NCBI GenBank assembly: GCA_964505215.1
Contig: CAZDGU010000001.1
Location: 145,760-177,759 of the forward strand
Source of the DNA: an uncultured Balneola sp.
GTDB lineage: Bacteria > Bacteroidota > Rhodothermia > Balneolales > Balneolaceae
Length of the DNA: 32,000 bases
Direction of reading: 5' to 3'
Shown: positions 1 to 7,116 of the stretch, piece after piece
Position numbering within the stretch: position 1 is the stretch's first letter
Layout: each line of letters opens with the position of its first letter
The notes under the pieces: generated by a model
Seen by the model: only the letters and a program-made list of their open reading frames with translations
Told to the model about the DNA's origin: nothing
Database searches by the model: none
Position numbers and translations under genes: made by a program

Positions 1-1254
1 ACAACCAAACACTTTTACGAGCAGCAAGCGCGCAATATCTCAATCAGCTTAGTTGATAATGCCATCCAAAATCTACTGTACGATATGCAGTGGACCGATT
101 CAATTACCACCGATCATAACTATCCTGGCAAGGGCATATTAAAAATGTATGGAATGAACAGTTCCGAGCTTACAACCATCGATCATAGCGTGCAAAACTG
201 GAATGAATATAAAGTGCTGTTTGTCAGTGAAGCTACTTATGGCGGCTACACCGTAGAAACAGAAGTACTTATGCAGCGCGACTCCTTTTCTAAATTCTCC
301 TATTTCTCGGATGCTGAGAGAACGAGTGGTGGCACAGAAATTTGGTTTGGCGGCAACGATGTTTTAACCGGTCCCATTCATACAAACGGAACGTTTAGAA
401 TGCGCGGATCGCCAACCTTTAATGGGTTAATAACCAGCCCCAATAATTGGATTGCTTACAACAGCAGTACTTCCCCTAATTTTAATGGCGGCTCTAACTT
501 TAACATGACCAGAACCAGAGATCTTCCGGATTCAAAACAAATTAAAGACCTAACCGATCGAGCTCAAGCAATTGGTTTGACTTTCAACTCAGATGCCTGG
601 CTTGAGTTTTATGTGAATGAAAATGAAGGCCCGGACGGCACCGGATATGTTAAAGAAATTGAGACTTCTTATAGCAACGATTATACCACTTGTAAAAACT
701 ACAATATGTATTATCCCTGTAGGTATCCAACCGGAAATGAAACTTCATATAAGCTGTCCGATTATCAGGGAATCATCAGTATAGATGGGGAAGCTTATGT
801 AAAAGGTACTCTAAAAGGAAAGGCAACCCTGCATTCTTCTCATGAAATTAACGTTGTGGGAGACATCAACTATCACACCGATCCGGAAACTGATCCAAAC
901 TCAACCGATTTATTGGGCTTAGTTAGTGAAGGCGATGTTGTAGTATCCCGTTATGCAAACACCGATCATGGCTCTCTGGATGTAACCATCCATGCCTCTA
1001 TAATGGCACTGGGCACCTCATTCAGAGTTGATGGGCATGACACAGGTTCCTACAGTGGAAAGGGAACGTTAAATATTTTAGGAGGAATCATTCAAAAAAC
1101 CCGAGGCCCGGTAGGTTTGACCAACGGAAGAGGCTATGACAAAAATTATGTATATGACACCCGCCTGCTCAGCGAAGTACCTCCCGAATTCCCACGCGAA
1201 AGTATTTTCACCATCGTGTACTGGAAAGACAAGCCCGCAAAAAAAGCAAGTTAA
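1..1254 (+). CDS. hypothetical secreted/surface protein, 5'-truncated by the window edge
   Basis: Frame 1 has no stop from nt 1 to the ATG at 85, so the 389-aa ORF is probably the C-terminal part of a larger protein. It is Asn/Thr/Gly-rich. The motif GPIHTNGTFRMRGSPTFNG resembles proteins I recall next to PilX-like/DUF4900 pilus-associated proteins (memory only, unverified). Confidence 0.5.
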   Translation, partial: TTKHFYEQQARNISISLVDNAIQNLLYDMQWTDSITTDHNYPGKGILKMYGMNSSELTTIDHSVQNWNEYKVLFVSEATYGGYTVETEVLMQRDSFSKFSYFSDAERTSGGTEIWFGGNDVLTGPIHTNGTFRMRGSPTFNGLITSPNNWIAYNSSTSPNFNGGSNFNMTRTRDLPDSKQIKDLTDRAQAIGLTFNSDAWLEFYVNENEGPDGTGYVKEIETSYSNDYTTCKNYNMYYPCRYPTGNETSYKLSDYQGIISIDGEAYVKGTLKGKATLHSSHEINVVGDINYHTDPETDPNSTDLLGLVSEGDVVVSRYANTDHGSLDVTIHASIMALGTSFRVDGHDTGSYSGKGTLNILGGIIQKTRGPVGLTNGRGYDKNYVYDTRLLSEVPPEFPRESIFTIVYWKDKPAKKAS

Positions 1255-1272
1255 ACAGTTCATAAAGCAAGC

Positions 1273-1671
1273 ATGAATACGTTGAATAAAATTATAACTT
1301 TAAGTCTTTTTGCTCTTTTTCTGATTCCTTTAAGCGGAATCGCTCAAACTAAAGTAACCTTTAATCTAAACCTGACCTCGCAAATGGAAGACAGCACCTT
1401 TGTGCCGGGCAGAGATCTAGTTCGTGTTACCGGAAACCAATTCCCGTTAGGGTCCAATCGCTTTGCCAACATGAGAGCCACGGCCGACAATGACAGCCTG
1501 TTTACTGTAGAAGTCAGTTTTTCGCGCCGCCTAAATGGCCAACAGCTGAATTACAACTTTGAAGTTGTTACCCCAAAGAAAACGCTCACAGAAAGCACTG
1601 CCCGGATTTTAGTACTTCGGGGTGAACCGATTGAAACTCCCATTCTTTACTTTGATGCCTTTGCCATATAG
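1273..1671 (+). CDS. small secreted protein, possibly a carbohydrate-binding-module-like beta-sandwich
   Basis: Clear signal peptide (MNTLNKIITLSLFALFLIPLSGIAQ). The pattern KVTFNLNL...VRVTGNQFPLGSN...LFTVEVSF...LNYNFEV is reminiscent of CBM20-like folds. It starts 18 nt after the previous gene. Confidence 0.4.
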   Translation: MNTLNKIITLSLFALFLIPLSGIAQTKVTFNLNLTSQMEDSTFVPGRDLVRVTGNQFPLGSNRFANMRATADNDSLFTVEVSFSRRLNGQQLNYNFEVVTPKKTLTESTARILVLRGEPIETPILYFDAFAI

Positions 1672-1687
1672 TTGGTTCTAATTTTTT

Positions 1688-2001
1688 ACCTCCTCGCAAA
1701 GCTCCGAGGTTTCTTCTGCGAGGAGTGATATTCTTTGGGCTGCAAAAGCCAAAGAATACACGACGCGGCAGTCTCGTGAATGGGCTTGGGATATTAAACA
1801 ACGCCCGGGTATGAAATGAAAAAACCATGGGCGTTGATGAAGTGAGTTGCCGTACTTCCCGAGATTGCTTCGGCGATTAAATTGCCGGGCAGAGTTATAC
1901 AAAGCAGCGCCTCGCAAAGGGTTTCTTCTGCGAGGAGTGTCATTCTTTAGGCTGCACAGCCAAAGAATGCACGACGCGGCAGTCTCGTAAATGGGCTTGG
2001 G
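1688..2001 (+). repeat. Family-A multi-hairpin intergenic repeat, about 1.5 tandem units (period 218 bp)
   Basis: The string cctcgcaaag...ttcttctgcgaggagt...attctttgggctgca.agccaaagaat.cacgacgcggcagtctcgt.aatgggcttggg occurs starting at 1692 and again at 1910. The two copies are joined by the hairpin caacgccc...gggcgttg and a gagattgcttcggcgatt module. Confidence 0.85.
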
Positions 2002-2355
2002 CTGTCCGAATACATTTTGAAGTGGCCTGACGATTATTAACGGCAGCCAAGCATTTTGGGTGTTAATTACAACTTTGCCCTACTCAATCGTCAGACGGAC
2101 GGGAAGCCGTCAGACGAAATACAAGTTTTGTACTGTGATGCTCAGGATGGGTTTTGGACATTAATAAAGAAAATCCTGTTAACAAATAACTAATCCACGG
2201 AAACCATTCCATCACCCGGCTCTCAGAATTAAGACAAAGCTTACCTACTCAAACTGAGCCGAATGATGGAGTTACCCTAAACCCCCAATAACAATTAACC
2301 ATTTCCCAATAACCATCAATAACCAACCACGCCCTTCTCATTAAAATATATTAAC

Positions 2356-2371
2356 TGGTAATCCATCTGCA
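2356..2371 (+). promoter_or_regulatory. candidate sigma-54 (-24/-12) promoter upstream of the first fimbrial subunit gene
   Basis: TGGtaatccatcTGCa has the GG-N10-GC spacing and matches TGG and TGCA of the TGGCAC-N5-TTGCW consensus. It lies 60 nt upstream of the ATG at 2431. Several positions are non-consensus, so support is weak. Confidence 0.25.
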
Positions 2372-2430
2372 TAAGCGAGAACTTTAAGGGTAAGATAAAA
2401 GCCTCAGCCCCTTAATCATTTAGTTCACTT

Positions 2431-2931
2431 ATGCGGTATTTTTTGTTAGCAAGCATATTAGTTATCACTTCGGTTGTAAACCTGCAGGCTCAGGATAGTG
2501 ACAAAATATCTGCCCAAATAAATGTCAGTGCTGAAGTCATACAATCTATTGAGCTTATCACCGTAAACACCATGCAGTTCGGGAATTTACAACCCGGCCA
2601 AAAAGAGATTTATGTGAACCCCGTTAACAACCTGAACGCAGGTTTTATGATTGCCATTGGTACCCCGGAAGCCGAATTCCGCCTCAACTATTTGCCCGAA
2701 CGCATTCTTTCACAAATTGATGGCAACGCTTCCCTGACTTTTGAATACGAAATATCCGGCAATACCGAAGATGATCAGGCTACTTCCGAATTGCTGGAAC
2801 TTGACAATCGAAATATTCGGTTTAACAGCGAAGGACGATTTTACATTTGGGTAGGCGGCCGCGTGAATCTTGAAAACGCCGCTCCCGGTAATTATGAAGG
2901 CGATTTCACTATTGAAATAGATTATATATAA
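2431..2931 (+). CDS. secreted DUF4402 / Csu (spore-coat-U)-like fimbrial subunit paralog 1
   Basis: Signal peptide MRYFLLASILVITSVVNLQAQ. Early motif MQFGNLQPG. C-terminal motif FYIWVGGRVNLENAAPGNYEGDFTIEIDYI matches the remembered DUF4402 pattern (L.FG...; ...G.Y.G.f.vtv.Y). Its stop overlaps the next start (TAATG). Confidence 0.65.
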   Translation: MRYFLLASILVITSVVNLQAQDSDKISAQINVSAEVIQSIELITVNTMQFGNLQPGQKEIYVNPVNNLNAGFMIAIGTPEAEFRLNYLPERILSQIDGNASLTFEYEISGNTEDDQATSELLELDNRNIRFNSEGRFYIWVGGRVNLENAAPGNYEGDFTIEIDYI

Positions 2932-3581
2932 TGACTGCATTTCACAAAATAGCTCATTCTAAAATCGTTGCTGTTTATCAGATACGCAGGTACGGATTGT
3001 CTGCTTTTTTGGGACTGATGATTATACTTTTTAATGTAAACAGCGCACACGCCCAAGAAATTGACTTTGGAGACTTCAGCAGCAAATATGCCGTCAGTAT
3101 TACAGAGCTGAATCCCGCCGAAGATTTAGAATTTGGCATGGTTATCCAGAATGAAGGCCTCAAACAAATAGACCTCTTAAACGCCAAAGTACTGATGATT
3201 GAAGGCGTAAAATACTTAGATGTAATTGTGGATGTAACAGCCGACAATTACCTGTTTTTAGGAAATGACATCAGCTGCAACGGCACCAACACCAATTGCA
3301 TTCCCTTTACCCTTCAGGCCGCTTACGCCAACCGTGGAAACAATAACACCAATCAGGCCGTGCTTATGCAGGTAGCTTCTAATGTAGCCACTGCGCAATT
3401 CCCCATATTAGCTCGTGGAAATCAGCCGCCCGGCCCGCCACCCACTCCCGTTTATGAAGGCTACAACCCGGCCTTATATAACGAAACGGCATTTCTCTAT
3501 ATATACGGAGCATTAAACGTAGGCAATCAGGATGCCGGCAGCTATTCGGGCGAAATTACCATTACTGTGAACTATGACTGA
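2931..3581 (+). CDS. secreted DUF4402-like fimbrial subunit paralog 2 (largest; Cys pair and Pro-rich insert)
   Basis: Hydrophobic signal region ...LSAFLGLMIILFNVNSAHAQ, LEFGMVIQNEG, and C-terminal AGSYSGEITITVNYD. It is the only paralog with cysteines (C116, C123) and carries a PPGPPPTP segment. It overlaps the next gene by 8 nt. Confidence 0.6.
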   Translation: MTAFHKIAHSKIVAVYQIRRYGLSAFLGLMIILFNVNSAHAQEIDFGDFSSKYAVSITELNPAEDLEFGMVIQNEGLKQIDLLNAKVLMIEGVKYLDVIVDVTADNYLFLGNDISCNGTNTNCIPFTLQAAYANRGNNNTNQAVLMQVASNVATAQFPILARGNQPPGPPPTPVYEGYNPALYNETAFLYIYGALNVGNQDAGSYSGEITITVNYD

Positions 3582-4107
3582 CAAGGGCCTTCATATTGCT
3601 GTTGTGCTCACCTTTTGTGTCCTTGCTTTTGTTACACCGGTGCAGGCACAATTTATAAACCTGCAACTTCGGGTTGAGCCGGAACTGAGTGCCACGGTAG
3701 AGCAAAACTTAGATTTTGGTACGCAAGTAACCAATTCCGGTATAACTCAAATTCGGCTGGGTGATGTAAACATGGGCGTATTCAGCATCCGGGCCATACG
3801 CACTCAAAATATTTATTTAAGCCTGCAATACCCTGAAGCCTTGGTAAATGAAAATGCTCCGTCAGTTGCACAAATTCCGATGCAATTAGAAATGGCGTAT
3901 AATAACACCGGTACAAATAAGGTAGAAAACGCAAAAGTACTCCCCATAAGCGGAAGACTTATTTCAATTCATGAAAACACAGCTGCCGAAAGCGAAAAAG
4001 ACATCTGGAAAGAAATGTACATCTACGTTTATGGCGCCATTGATGTAGGCAACATCCCCAACGGCATATACACCGCCGACATCATCCTAAGCGTAGATTA
4101 CGATTGA
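3574..4107 (+). CDS. secreted DUF4402-like fimbrial subunit paralog 3
   Basis: Signal peptide ending PVQAQ, LDFGTQVTNSG, and C-terminal MYIYVYGAIDVGNIPNGIYTADIILSVDYD. Confidence 0.65.
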   Translation: MTDKGLHIAVVLTFCVLAFVTPVQAQFINLQLRVEPELSATVEQNLDFGTQVTNSGITQIRLGDVNMGVFSIRAIRTQNIYLSLQYPEALVNENAPSVAQIPMQLEMAYNNTGTNKVENAKVLPISGRLISIHENTAAESEKDIWKEMYIYVYGAIDVGNIPNGIYTADIILSVDYD

Positions 4108-4147
4108 ATTGGGATTGATTAATTGTTAATTGCCCTTCACAACCCGT

Positions 4148-4407
4148 CATACCGCACCTACGGCGCGGGAACTGTTTAACTTTTTTGGTTTTACAAACAT
4201 ACTGCTCTGATGGAGCAGTGCCCGTCCCATCGGGACGGTATGTTTGTATAAAACTACATAGTTGGCCCCACAACCCTGCCCCGGTGGGGCAGTACCGAAC
4301 CGAGCACAGACCGCATTATTGTAGTTTTGTTGAGAACTATTTTTTACTAATCCTGCACATCCGCAAAATCCCGGCCAATCCCGGTTCAAAACCATGCACT
4401 CCCCACC
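4148..4407 (+). repeat. Family-B modular hairpin repeat, copy B1 (about 260 bp)
   Basis: Near-identical to 5157-5412 and, in reverse complement, to 26721-26930. It contains nested hairpins (4192-4248), the hairpin CTGCCCCggtGGGGCAG (4276-4292), and a tail aatcctg..ccggccaatcccggttcaaaacc. Confidence 0.9.
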
Positions 4408-4468
4408 ACCCGTCATTCCGCACGCAGTGAATACGAAGCGCCATCGAGCAGCGCACTTGCTACGGCAA

Positions 4469-4640
4469 GCGTTGATGTGGTTAGCTGCCATATTTCCCGA
4501 GATTGCTTCGGCGATTTATTTAACGGGCATGTTTTCCAGAGCAGCGCCTCGCAAAAGTCTTCTTCTGCGAGGAGTAGTATTCTTTGGGCTGCACAGCCAA
4601 AGAATGCACGACGCGGCAGTCTCGTGAATGTGTTTGGGAT
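4469..4640 (+). repeat. Family-A repeat, single copy, directly abutting B1
   Basis: It has the same module order as 1800-2001: gcgttgatg..ttcccgagattgcttcggcgatt..agcgcctcgcaaa..ttcttctgcgaggagt..attctttgggctgcacagccaaagaatgcacgacgcggcagtctcgtgaatg. Confidence 0.85.
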
Positions 4641-5156
4641 GTTGGGCAGCGGCTGTTTCATCCACATGAAGACAATTTTGCCCTTGGCACCGGGACCCAT
4701 CCTTGTTCCTTCCCTAACGCGCAAGCGCGCCAAAGAAGGAGGCGCGTTGTTTTCAGGAGTCAGAATTCAGGACTCGGGATTGCACTGGTTATTATACTCC
4801 GTTGCAGAATACCTTATGCTTTTAAAACAACTCATAAACTTACTACTGCGTCCTCTTTACTTGCGGCGGTGCTAAGGTTTGGAAAGTTTTTTAGGTGAGC
4901 CGGAGCCCCGAAATTCGGGATAAAGCCGAGACAGAGAAAGGGTCCTGTTAGGATTCGGTGAAGTTGGTGATTTGCAAAGTTTCTCCCTATGGCAATGACC
5001 ATCACATTAATCTTGAACATCACATCTATCACAGTTTGGAATGATTTGCGATAGACCGAACGACCGATTTGTGATGAACGATTTATTGGGGTGTGGTTTT
5101 TTTGCTTGATTTAACCTTTTTGCCGTGCACCTGGTTTAAACTCGTCCTCAAAAGAA

Positions 5157-5412
5157 CATACCGCACCTACGGAGCGGGAACTGCTTAACTTTTTTGGTTT
5201 ACAAACATACTGCTCTGATGGAGCAGTGCCCGTCCCATCGGGACGGTATGTTTGTATAAAACTACATAGTTGGCCCCACAACCCTGCCCCGGCGGGGCAG
5301 TACCGAACCGAGCCAGACCGCATTATTGTAGTTTTGTAGAGAACTGTTTTTTACTAATCCTGAAAATCCACAAAATCCCGGCCAATCCCGATTCGAAACC
5401 ATACACTCCCCA
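5157..5412 (+). repeat. Family-B repeat, copy B2 (direct repeat of B1, 1009 bp downstream)
   Basis: It aligns by eye with B1 over about 255 bp with only a few substitutions and small indels. Confidence 0.9.
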
Positions 5413-5628
5413 CTATTCAACCTTCGGCTCCAAACATTAAAGAAATCTAAACATAACTAAGATTAATCATTCCTATGTTAGACCAACCAACTTATGCATT
5501 GGCTCTAAACTAAGGTTTCAGCAAAGGTTAGGACGTTTTAATTAAGACTATCTAACTTGGACTACACAAAGAACTTCGATAATTTTTGAACAGAAATTAA
5601 ACAACCCAACAAACTAAATCTCACGATT

Positions 5629-6144
5629 ATGAAAAATCTAAAAACAATCCTTTCCGTATTCGCTCTCGCAGCTGTTTTTTCAAGTGCTGCTTTTGCGCAA
5701 GTATCAGATAATATCGCAGCCAATGCTGAAGTTACTGCAGGACTAACCGTAACTGGCCTTACTGACCTAGAATTTGGGACTGTCACGCGAAACACCCCAA
5801 AAACAGTTTTACCAAGTGAAACAGAAGCAGGTAAGTTCGGAATTGGTGATGCAAGTAATTTCGATATTTCTTTTGGTACATTACCAACTAATTTGGTAGG
5901 TGGAACTACTTCTGCTAATATGCCAATTAGTTTTGGTACATCCTCTGCATCTTGGAATACTTCAGATAACCAATCAGGTGCTACTACTTTTGACCCAAAT
6001 ACTGGATTAACTGGTTTAACACCTGGTACTGGTGTTAATGCTGGAGAAGCGTATGTATGGTTAGGAGGCACAGTGTCGCCAACTTCTTCTCAACCGGCTG
6101 ATACTTATACCGCAACTATTACTCTTACTATTACTAATAACTAA
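5629..6144 (+). CDS. secreted DUF4402-like fimbrial subunit paralog 4 (candidate major subunit)
   Basis: Signal peptide MKNLKTILSVFALAAVFSSAAFAQ, LEFGTVTRNTP, and C-terminal AYVWLGGTVSPTSSQPADTYTATITLTITNN. It is Thr/Ser/Gly/Asn-rich with no Cys. It stands alone with a strong terminator directly downstream. The antisense 169-aa ORF is rejected. Confidence 0.7.
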   Translation: MKNLKTILSVFALAAVFSSAAFAQVSDNIAANAEVTAGLTVTGLTDLEFGTVTRNTPKTVLPSETEAGKFGIGDASNFDISFGTLPTNLVGGTTSANMPISFGTSSASWNTSDNQSGATTFDPNTGLTGLTPGTGVNAGEAYVWLGGTVSPTSSQPADTYTATITLTITNN

Positions 6145-6164
6145 GAAGAGTTCTAATTTATTTA

Positions 6165-6200
6165 AGTCTCATTACAGTGTTGTAATGAGACTTTTTTTTT
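6165..6200 (+). terminator. rho-independent terminator after subunit paralog 4
   Basis: Perfect 12-bp stem AGTCTCATTACA / TGTAATGAGACT with a GTGT loop, followed by a run of 9 T. Confidence 0.8.
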
Positions 6201-6286
6201 AAAAAAGTTATACGCCATTTAGTAAATAAGAATTCCTTTTTTTTTAGTAGTTTAGAGTACTTTTTGCAATTAAAATCCAAATAACA

Positions 6287-7114
6287 ATGAAAAATAAATT
6301 CTTCTACCTGCTCTTACTATCGTTGGCCTATAGCTTTCAAGTAGTTGCCCAAGTAACCATTGCACCAACCAACCTATACATTGATGATAGCAATCGGTTT
6401 GGTACTTACATGGTTATTAATGGATCTAATACCCCACAAGAAATATCTGTTGAATTTATTTATTCTTATAACAAAACGGATTCATTAGGTAATAGAGAAT
6501 ATATATATGATGATGAAGCCTCAGAAAAAGAACATTCTATTGCTAATAGTGTAAAGGCATTCCCAAAAAACTTTGTTCTACAGCCTAATCAGAGACAGAT
6601 TGTGAGAATAAGAGTTTCATCTCCTTCAAATACTTCTGATGGGACTTATTGGAGTAGAATTAAAACTACTTCTATGGCTCAAAGTCCACCGGTAGAGATT
6701 GAAGCTGATAATCAAGTATCAGCAAGGATAGGTGTCAAGTTTGAACAAATAACAAGTTTATTCTACAAGCAGGGAAATGTTACTACTGGTATTGACATTG
6801 AAAAAATAAGAACGTCTTTTAGCAATGATAGTCTCATTATATATACTGACTATGATAGAGTAGGAAATTCCCCCTTTTTAGGAACAATCACCTCAACTCT
6901 TGAATCCTCTTCCGGTGATGTTGTTGCTCAATCGCCTATATCAACCACAATTCATATCGGCGGCACGCAACGACATATTATTAAAACTGAAGATATACCA
7001 AGTGGAACCTATAAGCTGACTGTAGAATTTGCCACAAATAGAAGTGATATTTCTCCAGATAACTTAGTTCAAATGCAACCCGTCACCGCAACCACTACTA
7101 TAACTATCCCCTAA
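6287..7114 (+). CDS. PapD-like periplasmic fimbrial chaperone
   Basis: Signal peptide ending VVAQ. VTIAPTNLYIDDSNRFGTYMVINGSNTPQEISV and FVLQPNQRQIVRIRV fit the chaperone N-domain pattern (v.i.P.r.......s..v.N....p; l.P...q.vRi). About 250 mature residues is consistent with two Ig-like domains. The stop lies 2 nt before the usher-like gene. Confidence 0.6.
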   Translation: MKNKFFYLLLLSLAYSFQVVAQVTIAPTNLYIDDSNRFGTYMVINGSNTPQEISVEFIYSYNKTDSLGNREYIYDDEASEKEHSIANSVKAFPKNFVLQPNQRQIVRIRVSSPSNTSDGTYWSRIKTTSMAQSPPVEIEADNQVSARIGVKFEQITSLFYKQGNVTTGIDIEKIRTSFSNDSLIIYTDYDRVGNSPFLGTITSTLESSSGDVVAQSPISTTIHIGGTQRHIIKTEDIPSGTYKLTVEFATNRSDISPDNLVQMQPVTATTTITIP

Positions 7115-7116
7115 AG

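Noticed and set aside
1586-1917. Minus-strand ORFs 1586-1828 and 1678-1917, and the related + strand ORFs 26490-26708, 26557-26748 and 26795-27106.
   Set aside because: They are translations of family A/B repeats. Conservation is centred on the hairpin stems, including compensatory changes, which argues for structure rather than coding.
1688-2001. The possibility that the tandem repeats here and at 19530-20065 are CRISPR arrays.
   Set aside because: The repeat units are 140-218 bp and occur in only about two copies. They have internal multi-hairpin structure and no short, regular repeat-spacer periodicity. No cas genes are in the window.
4370-4400. tRNA-like T-arm strings (ccggttcaaaacc, ccgattcgaaacc, ccggttcaaacac) in the tails of B and C repeats.
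   Set aside because: No acceptor stem, D-arm or anticodon arm can be drawn around them. They are a conserved repeat module, not tRNA genes.
4082-5323. A cluster of overlapping 60-130-aa ORFs on both strands (4082-4273, 4147-4491, 4185-4430, 4394-4627, 4413-4733, 4477-4875, 4584-4898, 4832-5032, 5111-5323).
   Set aside because: They coincide with the nucleotide-level repeat families A and B and overlap each other in several frames and on both strands. They have Arg/Cys/Pro-rich low-complexity translations and no signal, domain or start-context support. Their similarity to ORFs at 26490-27106 is explained by DNA repeat identity.
5562-6071. A 169-aa minus-strand ORF antisense to subunit paralog 4.
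   Set aside because: The + strand ORF has a canonical signal peptide, the DUF4402-like N- and C-terminal motifs, and a downstream terminator in the + orientation. The minus ORF is Pro/Val-rich shadow sequence.
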